Positions 36,861-49,870 of a stretch of 64,000 nucleotides of DNA are shown here, piece after piece. The stretch is taken from positions 17,732,001 through 17,796,000 of the forward strand of contig NW_024704748.1 of assembly GCF_018977255.1 (NCBI RefSeq). The letters are read 5' to 3'. Position 1 is the first letter of the stretch; every line of letters starts with the position of its first letter. This stretch comes from Callorhinchus milii. Lineage: Eukaryota. The notes under the pieces are model-generated. The model was not told the origin of the DNA. It made no database searches and saw only the letters and a program-made list of their open reading frames with translations. A program made the position numbers and the translations under genes.

Positions 36861-38769
36861 GATGTGCATATAAATAGATCTCAAAAGTAAGCTTCCTGGG
36901 TAATTAGCTTAGCTGCCTTGAATGGATCAGTGATTTGCTTTTACCCATGTAACCAATGGGGCAATCTACCTTGAACACTAGTTGTGAAAATGAGCAAGAT
37001 TGAAAGGCCAGTTTAGCAAAGTCCAGGTAAAATGGGACTTCTCTATAATTGTTCCTCCTTGTTTGAAATCTATGATCTAGGTTCATAGCAATCAGTATGT
37101 AAGTGCAGCCTGGAAGAATCATTTACAGTTAAAATGCTAACAATTGGGTATTGAAGATCATATTAATGGTGCAGAATGAAATTGTGATCTTGGCAGGTTT
37201 GTCGATTCAACTCTTGTGGATGGGCATAAAATAGGAATTTTAAAAGAAAATCCTGTAAAGGGATATGTGACATTAACTGATGAATAACATTTTGACTACA
37301 TCTCCTCTGAGAAAAAAACTCTTTAGAACATGTTGTAAATACAAATATAAAAAGACAATTAGAGCAATCGCATCAAAGTTTACATGCAATATCCCTTTTG
37401 ATGAATTCTACGCCATACTATACTTTTCACTGGAGTAATCTACCACCTCTGAGCTATTACATTTATTTAATACTTTCACATTAATTGGCAGTAGCGAGAA
37501 GTAATGCATTTTTGTGCTAGACAGTCTTTAGTGTTTTGTTCTTCTAACATCACATTGCCACTGGCATATATTAGTATTCCCACAGAAGCCTAGTTTCCAT
37601 GGAGAAAGCATGTCGTTGTGCTTTGTTGCCATGGCAGTCTTCCCCTGTGATCTGCCTCCTGCAATTTAACCAGTGCCTTTACTTTCTGACACTCTGGCCT
37701 TGAATGTCAACCACTCAGAGATGTCCTTGGAGGTCTTTGACACAAATAATAGCCTTGCCTACCTGAGGGCAAGACAGTACACCAAGAGTTGATGCTGAAC
37801 ACAGATGTTAAATTGTAATTTCTTCTGTTTTTTAATTTGCTTTTGGCAAAACCTTTTTCATAGGGAGATTCTGAACCTTTCTTTGCAAATGTATGCAATG
37901 TTTAACCAGCAGAAATGTCTCTTTCCAAAGCACGCAACATTATCTTTGTTCCAGTTTACTATGTACAAATGGATTGAGTTCCTTAACTGTTAAATGTTAT
38001 AACATTTGTATGTGCATGCTAACTGCTGTCCAATGAGGATGATCCATCTGATAAATCAGTGGGTAGTACTGGTTGCTCAGGAAGGCAAAGAGTGAAACCT
38101 GCTCATAAAATCAGTTCAATGGCCTTTTCTTTCAATTCACTGGCTCAAAGATCTCAGCTACTGTTCTGCCCTGTCATATTCATGTCAATGTTCCTGCTGT
38201 GTGCACTCTTAATTGTAGGAGAGATGAATTTCAACTAGTTGATTTTATTTGCAAGCTAAACACATTTAGAAGGTGGCAAGCCTACAGAGTTGACAAGTTT
38301 TCAAGAATTCAGTAGTTCACTGGTTTCCCAAATGACAAGCAGTTGGGGACATCACAGGAAGGCGGATGTAAGCAGTGCGCTAACTCATACCCTGTAACCT
38401 ATACTTTCAACAGTAGAATCAGTGAGATTTTGAACCAATGACTAGTTACACTTCATCTCCTCAAGATGTTTACTTGCTTAGGGTGAGTTATGGTTTCAAC
38501 AATTGCCCTCTGTTACTTTGTGCAAGTAGCTGTTATTCATGCGTGAGACAATGAGCGTTGCTAAACTGTTCAATTGTGTTTACTTTCCAGCAGGGATCAC
38601 TGAGGAGACTTTAGAGCTAGTACTTTAGGGTGTGAGTCTGGAGAATATGCATTCCATTCCAACAAGCTATCTCTGAGATTTGCATGTGTAGGTGGCACGC
38701 ATGGAAATCTCAGCTTGGTTTGGATATTCTTAAGCATGGTGATCAGTTGACCCAAAAATAAAAAATTCA

Positions 38770-39090
38770 GTTGGTAGCACTCTTGTTTCTGAGTTACAAG
38801 GTTGTCGGTCCACGGCTCACATCAAGAATTTGAGTTCAAAGTCTAGGTTGCATTGTTGGAGATACTGTCCTTAGGATGAGATGTAAACCGAGGTTCTGTT
38901 TACCTATTTACAGAGACGTTAAAGATTCCATCACTGTTTGTGGAACATTGAGGTGCACATATTGATTGCGATGTTTCCCTATAACTGTGTCATCACTACC
39001 CTCCAGTTCTATTTTTCACATGAAATTCTGTGAATTGCTTTGAGACATTTTAATGTTATAAGCTGCTATTTCATATGCAGGGATTGTTAT
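38770..39090 (+). mobile_element. Old DeuSINE-like element (SacSINE1/AmnSINE1-type core); related copies at ~43290-43500 (-) and ~23125-23260 (-)
   Basis: ggtagcactcttg..ctgag..aaggttg head, then gtccttaggatgagatgtaaaccgaggt..gttaaagattcca resembling the Deu-domain as recalled, and an L2-like tail. Confidence 0.6.
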
Positions 39091-42000
39091 TCTTTCCACT
39101 ATTGTGATTGATACACTCAGTACAAGCCAACAATCGGGCATTCCTGGTCTCTGTCTCTGTACTGAGGTGGACTGGGCAGTATTAGTCCAAGCTGTTGGCA
39201 GTTGATTTTACTACTTGTCTTTCTGTCTTGTCTTTATGTCTTTGTTTGTTTGTTAATTTATGCAAATTTTAGCAAGTGGTGGCAAATTACCCTTTGGTTT
39301 CCTGCTTTTTAATTAGAGGAACAGGAAAAGAATCTGCCACACCTCTATTAGGTAGGTGGATTACGGGCATGCATTTAAGAAAAACCTATAGCCAAATAGA
39401 ATTGATATTAGGCTACATTTTAGTTTATTCTACTCTTTATAATTCAGAATTTAGCACATTCTATGTATGCCCTTTAATGCCTGTTGATTGCTGGATGAGT
39501 AAAAGTCCAGACAATTTGGCAAAAGATTGACGTCACACCTTATTCTTGGATACTAGAACAACATAACAGCTGAAAAAAGTTCATTTAAAAACTGGAAGAG
39601 ATTACCTTTATCTGGTAATTAGTACTGGTGTATTCAAATGAGTAGGAATATCCACATTTGGACAGAAATCTACGGACTGCCTGGAACCGTGGATGTGAAT
39701 CGTAGCGTAGGTGTTGGAAGACACTACTTTTTGGCTTAGGCGTGGATTATCTATTCTTTTCATTGTGATTAAAAATGACAGACTCTTGCTAAATACAAAT
39801 TTGTAAAACCAACTTAAAAGGGCAGGAATCTACCTCTTTATGAACAAGTATTGGATATAAAGATCACATAAAAGAGTATTGACTGCACATTAAAGCAATA
39901 CAATGAAATGTATCTGGATGAATTTTGTGATTGCATTATAACATAAAAGGAAAAAGGGTATGCCATTTAAGAATACTGCTCCCTCTTTTCAGCTTGTTGG
40001 AAACATGCTGTATTTTTTTCTATTGCAGAAATGAGAGTGGTTAAGAACTTAATTTGACCCTGTAAAGGTTCGATTAATTCTTTACATCTGTAACTGCAGT
40101 ATGGCCTATTAGTCTTTGGAGGAGTTGATTTCTTAGATTTCTATGGTGGAACGTTTGCGGTAGGTTGCATGGCCTGCTAGCTTTATGATGTGTGAAATGC
40201 ATTCATGGAATATTGCCACAAAAAAGGGTCAGAAATTGGTTTTGGACATTTTCCAGACTTTTGTTGTCCTCTACCTGCTGCGAGTGTTCTGCTGTGCCCT
40301 TGCCATTCACATAGCTCTGGTTTTATGGCAGGAATGTTAGTCATACAGTGACTCTCTACATAGTGAGCTGAGGGGGGACAAGGGAAGGCAGATGAGGCTG
40401 AGAGAGATTTCAATAAATGTTTAATAAATTGTTGATTGTGGCTAATTCTTTCTAATTATATACTTCTCCACGTATGACCTTTGAAATTCGGTATAAAATG
40501 ACTATGAACCTCAAGTGCATTCTTGTAAACCAGTCGCTGTAACATTAAAAAGTTGGGTGTTCATAAAAATCTGAGTTTTGGATTGCCGAGGCATTGGTAA
40601 AGATTTCTGTGGAACACGATAATTCCACAATGCGTGAATGGTTGAACCACGCTACCTTTCTGTTAGCGCTGCTCTCGTAACTTTTATATTGGCTTTTCTT
40701 TATCTCAACAATAAATTCAACTTTTAGAAATGAAATCAAGAAATGAAAAAGGTTGCCAAACACTTTTTTTATGAAAATGCTACCTACTGTTTCATTGTTG
40801 AAGCCTGATACTTGTGTCAGCTGAATTAAAATTCCAAATGCAGTTTGATGAGAAGCTTTCTAAAATTTGACCATTGCCTATGACTTATGGGAAAGTCATT
40901 CACAAAAGGGAATTACATGAGCTCTTTCTTGGACTCTGTATTTTGCTGCAGCTCTGAAGCTTCGAAATATATCAATGCCTTTAGAATCACTGAGTAATCA
41001 CACTTTAATACCATTTGAGAAAAAAAATGATATTTTGGAGAGTGCTCACTGCACTAAGAATTGATCTTTTATATAATTTTAAAGTGCCCAACTAGCATTT
41101 ATTAATATATCCCATCCATCTCTTTATTTTTTTATAGGCTTTAGGTAGCTGACTAGAGTGTCTTAAATCATCAGGTTTACAGACTAGTCAATATAACATT
41201 TGAACAGATGTTTTGGAGAAGTTGAGTGCTGACACTTGGATTGAGTTATGTAGTTTACGTTACATTTTTATGTGTACTGAGATGTGGTTAGATTTACTCA
41301 TTGACTGGTTTATTCAAAGTTCCAGATCTGACTTGATGATCCAACCTTGATAAAATGCTTTACACTGAAAAGAATAGCTAATATATATAGTTAAAATATG
41401 CAATTAGATATTGATGAATAATATAATTTTGTTTGGGTGAAAAACACCTTTTTTTTCTTGCTTCGTTTCCTCCAAAAAAAAACTGAACATCATTTTATTT
41501 GTGAATTGCCAACTTTACATTAATAAACCACTGCTAATGTTACACAGAAGATGAACTCTTGTTGCTTTTGCTGACTCTGGTGTGTGTCACTGGTGTCTGT
41601 GCTGTGAAACAAGGGATTAATACACTTCTACAAAAGATGTATGTTTTCCCAGTTCTGATTGTAAGTGGTACATGGAGTAGTTCATCCATTTTAGAAATCC
41701 TGTCTGGACCTTATATGATTTACTGTATTTGATGCCTAAAGAGGTTGTAATGACCTTCTTTGTTCCTGTTACAGCTGAACGGGATCCCTGGTTGGGAAAA
41801 TCCACCCAGCACATTTGGTCACATTGTCATAGTTACTGCTCCTTTGGAATCTGCCTCAAGTAGTCACATGGCAATGCTGATGGTGAAATAACTACATTAA
41901 ATTTTGTGCCAATGTTAACTCCACTAGATTGCTGCCACCAAGACTGTAATATATTCAGGATTTTATTTCCCCTCTGCTGAGCTGCTTAGCTGACTGTGGA

Positions 42001-42597
42001 TGAGTAGGATCATCCAAATATAGTAATATAATGCAAATGATAATTATCTATTTTTATTTTGAAGGAATTAATCAACAGCTTCAACTGTTTTTGTTTAGAT
42101 ATATTCTCTGTTCAGTGGGAGTGGGAAAAAATCCTTCTGTTCTCCAGTTTCATTTAAGGTTTGTTCGTTTGAACGTATTCCTTTAGTTATATGCTCCTGT
42201 AAGAGTCACATTTCTTGTTTACATCACCCACATCTGTTTTGTCTGTCTATTGGGATTTTTAAACCCTGGATTATATCTACATCAACCTTCTTTCTCGTAA
42301 TAAACAGTTTCACTTGGTGAACCATTCCTCATTACTTAGAGCCCAAACAACTTTGTTGCCACTCTTTTCTGAAGGTTTTATGATGCATAGATCCATGTTC
42401 TTTTGAAGGGAAGGTATCCCTAATGGCAGAATGTTCTTCTTTAGTTCTGAAGAAATTTTTATGATCACTGATGATTGGGAACACCAGTAAAAGGAAGTAG
42501 ATTGCATTGGGTTTGAGTTCCTGTCAGTCAGGTGGTGCACATGCTAGCCAAAATATTAGCCATATTTAATCAGAATGCACTTTTCTGTCAGTGAATA

Positions 42598-42980
42598 AAC
42601 AACAACAGCTTGGATTTATATAGTGCCCTCCACGCCGGACGGCATCTCGGAGCGCTTCACAGTAACGGATCCCAGGGCCGAGCCAGGGGGAGGAAGATGA
42701 CCAAAGGCGCAGTCGAAAAAAAGGTCTTCAGCTGAGACCTGAAAATAGGAGGAGAGGGGGTGAGGCCAAGGGAGTGAGGAAGGGAGTCCCAGAGCCTCGG
42801 GGCATAGTGGCTGAAGGCACAGCTGCCGAGGGTGGAGCGGAGGACTTGGGGGACAAGGAGGAGGCCAGACTCGGTGGAACAAAGGCAACGGGCACTGTTT
42901 TGAGGAGAGAGGAGGTCAGAGAGGTAGGGGAGTGCAGAGGAGTGGAGGGATTTGAAGACAAGGGTGAGGATCTTGAATAG
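42598..42980 (-). mobile_element. L2 LINE 3' fragment
   Basis: FKILTLVFKSLHSSALPYLSDLL..AFSHYAPRLWDSLP..LKTF. Confidence 0.88.
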
Positions 42981-44924
42981 CACTTATTGGACATATAATG
43001 TGAACTAGTCTAAAAAACGTAGTTTGCAGTCCTCAGCTGTTAGTTTACACAGAAGAAATTTGATACTTATCTCAGTGTAATAGATCAGACGCTGATGAGA
43101 ACAAAAGGAATTTTTACTCCCTTGAAAATCTAGCCCCCAAAATGTATCAAGAATTTAGAGGCACTAAATCAGGTTCAAACACATTTTTATTTCCACAAAC
43201 CACCATGAATTGAATGCCAATTTTAGCTGTAGAGGGGGTTGGGAAAGAGGAAGAGGTGTTGGCTTCTCTTTATGAAGAATGTCCTGAGAATTTTAACATC
43301 CAACTGGGCATTTGGGGCCTCGGTTTAATATCTTATTCGAATGTAGCACCTTTGACAATGCAACAGAGCCCCCAGAACAACACTGGAATGTTAGTAGAGA
43401 CTGTGCGCTCCAGCTTCCGACGTGAGGCTTGAACCCACAACTTTCTGACTCGGGTAAACTACACGGCAAGCACACACACAGTCCAATACCTGACAATGGC
43501 TTTGAATGAGATACCACAGGGCTGTCAATATAACAACCCAGGAAGGATCGCTTAATGCGGAAACATGGCATCATTAGTGAAGAATACAATTCCTCAAACT
43601 GAAACAAATTGCTTTGAAGAAAAGGGCTGTGGGTCAATTTAGATGTCTTTCTTTATGCTAGCACACCCACAAAAGTTTAATAGTCCAGATAAATTTATAT
43701 AAACCTTTGGCAATTGAATTGTTACATTAATGAAAATGTAGGTCCTGCTTCTGGTGGGGGACAAAGAATATCATCAGATATGTAAAGAGCCTTATAATGA
43801 TTCCAACAAGAAAACATTTATTCAGAATACCTCCGGGGCCCGTTTACGCTAACATGAATATAAATTATTTGTTGCTATGGTGATGAAGCTGGTGTCCTGC
43901 TGTGTTATTACCTGGTGGTAGTAAATGCTTCTGCAAATTAAATTGGTAACTGACTCAGTGTTTGTATGTGACCAGCATACAGAATTTGGGGGAATACTTC
44001 ATGTATGGATATTGTTTCTCCAATATAATTGCATAGATTACACTGAAGGTTTTAACATTTCCACGTCTGATCAGAGATGCCCTCTATGAGAAATATATGG
44101 TTAAGCACATTTCCATGTGTTGTACAACAGTCTTGTTTTCAACATAGGGAAATAGTGACTAATTAAAATGTTGGACATGTACATTTGCAAAGCTGACTGT
44201 GGAAAATAGATTATTTCAAATATTTAGACTACTGTCCTGCAATTCAGCTAGTGATTTAAAAATACAAATTCAGTCTCTTTGCAGTTTTCAGATGTGCAGG
44301 TCTCTGGGTTTCATTTTGGTATTATTACCCTGGCATTGACTTTTTGAAATGAAATTAACATCACGTGCACCAGTCACCATGGAAACCGAGAAGACCCAAG
44401 GTATCGGGCAACAGAGATCCTCACTGGAAATAGTGGAGTGAAGCATTCAATAGATCTCAGTGTCAGATTTTCAATCTGTCGGAATCTGATTAATTTTAAC
44501 AGTGATTAATGCCTGAGTGGCAGGTGCTGCCATTGCACAGTTCTATTTCACATCAATAATTCTAACTGCTGAATGTGTTCTCCTCTGTTGCTGTGATAGC
44601 AGCAGAGTAGCAAATCATCTGTGATGGTAAAGTACACAATATCCTAAGTGACAAATACAATAATAGTGACCACTGAATGTAGGTCTCAATTGTAGCCTTT
44701 GTATTGGACACTGACACAATTGCAGAACGTGCCAGAAGGTTCTCTGAGAAGGTGATAAAATTTGACAAGCTTGAACATTTCTGGAATTACAAAATCTATC
44801 TATGTATTTTATAATTATGTCTACATTTTATGATTATTTTTTCATGGAACCTAAGCAATCTGCTTTTGATATTACCAAGATCCCAGAAAGCTATTGTGGA
44901 TCGCAACAAGTATATTGTAATGTA

Positions 44925-45280
44925 TTGGTTAGAGCACTCGCCTCACAAGCAAGAGGAGCTGGTTTTGATTCTCAGTTGTGGCGAAACCTTAGGCAAGTTT
45001 CCTTACTCCACACACGTCTGTTTACCTAGCAGTAAGTGGGAACTGGTGGTTGGTCAATTGGCAGATCGCTTTTCTGGCGACAATAATCCCTTTAGAAAAA
45101 AATAATAATTTGGTCACTCAATCCATGTCTGTTTGTGGGACACTGCTGCGTGCAATTGCCTGCTGCGTTTTGCCCACAAAATATATAGTCACTACATTTC
45201 ACAGTATATTCTGTGAATCTCTTTGCAACATCTTGAAGATGTGATAAGGTGCAATATCAAATGCAAGGATTATTTATTTA
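44925..45280 (+). mobile_element. Near full-length tRNA-derived SINE
   Basis: tggttagagcactcgcc head, body, and tail caaatgcaaggatt. Confidence 0.87.
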
Positions 45281-46944
45281 TAAGTGTATTCACTGCTATT
45301 TTTGCAGTGCTTTAAGCAATTAAAGCTCTCTAGTGATGGAAGAAGCTCTGCTTGGTGGAGTGGTGATTGGCTTCATGGCACAATTCGAATGGTAATTTAA
45401 CAGATGATAGGTCGTGTCTCAGAAAATCAAGCACTTTGATGTGTCAGTGCAGCAAGCCTGTTTTCAGGAGATAGTCCTTTACAGTTGAAGCATAAATATT
45501 GCTGTGCTAATGGTGGGGAAATGCATGTCAGTGCACAATGAATTTATGTAAGGAAAAACCTTAACTCTGACACAGAATAAATTGACTGCAACAAAACCTA
45601 CTTGTGTATGCGTTTCTATTGTTTTTGGCATGAGATGAAGCTGAGTGCTGCAATGGGATCAATGCTATGACAAATATGAGCATAAATATTTTGACTTAAT
45701 TTTTGCCTTTATGAATTTGTTTCACTTTTGCTTTCAATTAACGCTGAGGAAGAACAGCCTACTAGTAATCAGTTTAGTAGAATTCTCTAGCAAACCGCTT
45801 CTTTGTTGAATAACCACATCTTAAAAAAAATGATTGCAACTGCTGGTTCCCATGAAGCGCACATCACATGTAACTAAAGAGATGATGATCTATTCTTGTT
45901 CGAGATTGGTCACCAGGAGGTGCTAGAGAGTTATTTTAGGATTGTCTCTGTAGCTTCTGTTGAACAGTTTCCATTCGTGATTTGGATGAGATACGGAAAT
46001 TCAGTAGAGTTGGGCACATGCCAGCATTTGACCACTGATACTGTGTGCTGATGCTCCAACTGCTCATCACACCCCAACTCCACAAACTTTTAATGCTCTA
46101 TTGTGACGGTTAGTTACAAAGCAATGCAGTCAGTTTGTGTTTTTAGAAGCAGTAAAATAGAACAGTATGATTTACAACCTTTATAAATCATTGCCTTCAG
46201 ATGATGATCCAACATGCTGCTATGTGGGAAAGCGAGAACACAAAAATAAGCTATCTCATGATGAGCCAGGTTTTTATCCAATTTTGACATCAGTTCAGAA
46301 CTGAATTTTATATGTACCTGCACTTTTTACAGTACATTTAAAATAATTAAAATTTGAACAGATTTTACAGGGTCATTACTCGTTGACTTGCTTTATTTGA
46401 GTTCCTAACATATTTCTGATATATGTAGATATGACAGCTCTCACTCTAAACTCTTTTGCTATCCACATCATACCAATATTAGGATTACATTCTGATATTC
46501 GAGCAGTGATTAAGGCAGCTCACATCCTTCCCGTGTTTAGTTGATTAGTAGACTTAGGGTTTAAAACCTCTGAGAAGATTACTTATTGCACACAGTGGGA
46601 ATTCAATCCAGCATTACGTAAGTTCAGTAGTTCACTTTTGAAACTCCCTTTAAAATGAATTTCAGCCCTTAAAGAGGGTGGCACTGATATTGTCAGTGAA
46701 GGATGAAGGTGGTTATAGCACCAGTGAAAAGACCCACTGTAACACACACTTTAAAAGTCGTAGCACCCTAATGAACAATGTGAGTTTAATATTTATATAA
46801 TTAATTTTATAGCCATACTTCAACTAAGCACTTAATATGATATAGCAGCAATGTCATGTATTAACACTAAATATATTATTTTACTTATAGAAGTGATCTT
46901 TTTGAGGTGCCATTTCTCTAGATGCCTTATTCATAATTGGTTTC

Positions 46945-47180
46945 CAACAACAACAACTTGCATTTATGTGGCGTCCTTCACGCGGGGTAATGTCCTGGAG
47001 TGCTTCACAGTGGCAGAGTCCGACGATGAGCCAAGGGGCGAGGGAGCGGGGAGGTGACCATAAGCACAATCAAAAAGGAAAGTCTTTAGGTGGGATTTGA
47101 AGGTGGGGAGGGAGGGAGTTAGGCGAAGGGTCTGATGGAGAGAGTTCCAGAGTTTTGGGGAGTAGTGACTGAGGTCACGG
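46945..47180 (-). mobile_element. L2 3' fragment
   Basis: SHYSPKLWNSL..FKSHLKTFLFDCAY. Confidence 0.82.
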
Positions 47181-48369
47181 CCATTGTGAATGCAATCCAC
47201 TAATGAATGCAACAAGCATTCAAGCTATTTGCATCACAGTATGGGGCATAAATATTTGTTGATAAATTGCACAATGACCACTTGTAGAATTTGTGACTCA
47301 ATCTTGGTCAGACCACTGAACCACCAGGAGAACTGGAGCTATCTGGCTAAAAAGCTAAATTATTAAACCTAAAAGAAAAGTTCTTACAACACAGAGATGT
47401 TTGTGTGAGAAAAACACAATGGGGGAAATAAGATGGAGGCAGTTGTCTTGATCTTTTAAGGCAACTATTTGTAGTAAAACATTTCCCAGTAAATGGCTAT
47501 GTAACTTCCTATAAAAAATGTTTTCCTAAGTATTTGCTTTTAAAAGAAAGGCTGTCTCTATTGTCAGGATGGGTGGGCTTTGTTGCTTCTGTTTTGGAGG
47601 TCAATAGATCTGAAGAAAAAAAATGGAAAGTTAATTAACTACCAAGGGATTGATTAGCACAGCTATTCAACTCCCTGACACCGACACACCATGCTTTCCT
47701 TTCTAATCTTCTAACTGGTGTAAGAAGTGGGATCATATTTAACCATAGTATTAAAAAGAAAGAAAATGCTTATTTTTCCAATTTGTGAAACTAAGGGTCC
47801 TGCAAACGTATAAAGTTACTGGGATTTGCATGCAATACTGACTTTTAGCACTATATGTCAGCAGTGTACTTGGTTATTGTGATGCTGTGCAGTAAAAGGA
47901 GAAAGTATAATACCCATCACAAATTATGTGGACTGGGAATAACTTCCTGTATGAGCAGAAGATATGGTGATCCAAATCATTATTCATGAAATGATACGAG
48001 AACCAACTTGTCACAGGTGTAAATTACATTGACTGCATAAAAGATGGGTAACTGGAAGTTTGAAATATTGCCTCAGTAAAATATTAGTGTTTCACTAAAA
48101 TATATTACGATTATCTTGGGATCTAAAGTGCACCATTTTAATTATGCATTTTTATAATCTTTCGGAAGTCATATCTGAGTGAACACCTAGCATAAGTTGT
48201 ACTGTCAAATGATTGTTACTCTTCTCTTTCACTTGGATGGATCGTGTTTGAAAGTATTCATTGTAAATGATTATGTATGTCATAGAAGTATAATTGCATG
48301 TTGTATGGTATGTTATGAGTCATGATTTGTTGAATACACCGGTGTAATGAAATGCAGTTGAATGTTTTT

Positions 48370-48695
48370 CCTTTATGCCCTGGCACTTTCCTACCTCTCC
48401 GACCTACTTACCCCCACAACCCGCTGCCTCCACTGGACTGGCTACGGCCTTCTGCATGTCCCTCTTGTCCTCCGTTCCACTAGTGGTGGCCGCGCTTTCA
48501 GCCCCGAAACTCTCTATCCTTCCGCCTTGCCCCTTCCTTTCCCATCTTCAGGTCACGCCTGAAGACCTGTCTATTCAACGATGCCTGGGTCACATCACCC
48601 TTCTCCCAGCTTGGTGTCGTGCTCCATTATTGTCAAGCGCTCTGGGACATTACCCAACTTGAGGGGTGCTATATAAATGCAGGTTTTGTTGTTTT
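48370..48695 (+). mobile_element. L2 3' fragment
   Basis: LALSYLSDLL..GGRAFS; tail gctatataaatgcaggttttgttg. Confidence 0.8.
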
Positions 48696-49807
48696 TCATA
48701 AATAACCTCAGTCAGACATCTTTAACCTTGCTTAATCTCCAATATTACATGACATGCCAAAAAACATATTTTTTAAAAAAGCGAGTATTGTATTTTAAAA
48801 TCCAGTACAGGAACTGCGAAACAAGTGTAAACAATATTAACATCGCATTAGTCCCCAGAAGAGGGCATTGTTCATAGCTGCAGACAGTTACAGTGGAAGA
48901 TATTTACGGATAGTATTGGATTGCTCACCCATGAATCTTAATGTTTTAAAACTGTTTATTATTATTAATTTATATCTGAACGTATGCAGCAGTAGAAAAA
49001 ACATGTGATCAATAGTTAATTAGCACTTCATAAAAGAGCAGACAGATTTAATTTAATCTGTTTTTAATTTTTTTTAAAAAATGGTGAGACAGAACCACTA
49101 CAAGGTACTATTTAAATGTCATTAGTTTTGAAAATGCTATCCTATGACTGTTATCTTGAAATGTTACATACAGTCTGAAGGCTTGAGATATGATATTGTT
49201 GACACTTTTTCAACAATAATATTTTGGGTAACTTGTCACCTTCCATTAAGTCATGGAATTACCAGCAGTGGCCTTCTTTAGGTTACTTGTAACCCAATCT
49301 GACACGCTTTCAGGCTTCCTTTTCTCCTAGAAACTGATGCTTGTTTTTAGTATTCTTAAACTAGTGGCAACACCGGAAAATTACAACTGGCTTTCTTGGC
49401 TGTGGAGAGAGAAATTCATTGACTGTGTGCTTCAGGGATTTGTCAGCAATCTGCAGTTAATTTCTGAGTGTAGTTCACCAGCACCACTCAGAAACTGGGG
49501 AGTGGATAAACAAACAAGTAGCTTTTGTCACAGTACTACTGTGCATTATGGAAAAAATATATGATTTTTGGAGAAGAATAATTTCTTGTGAGTAGCCACT
49601 GCCTCCTGTGAAGAGGGAGAAAGGCTCCAGTAATTCTAACCTACTGTGTAACTAGCTGGTGCTCTGCTTAACCAGCAGTCATGCTTTCGTCTGTCCCCTG
49701 AAACGTCATCGGATGGACTGTGGCTTTGATTATTTTGTGATTACATGCAGCAGCTCTGGATGTCGGAATAACAGCAGTGAGCTCCTTTCCTTAATATACT
49801 AAATAAG

Positions 49808-49870
49808 ATGAGCGAGGAAGCAAAGAAAAATGGTACAAAGCCTGCTCACAGAAAGAAAAAGGGGAAAAAG
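49808..49870 (+). CDS. ANK3: ANK3 alternative first coding exon, exon 1b-like: MSEEAKKNGTKPAHRKKKGKK
   Basis: 21 codons with a phase-0 donor AAG|gtaaat. Very close to the recalled mammalian ankyrin-G exon 1b peptide MSEEPKEKNAKPAHRKRKGKK (same length, shared KPAHRK.KGKK). Confidence 0.9.
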
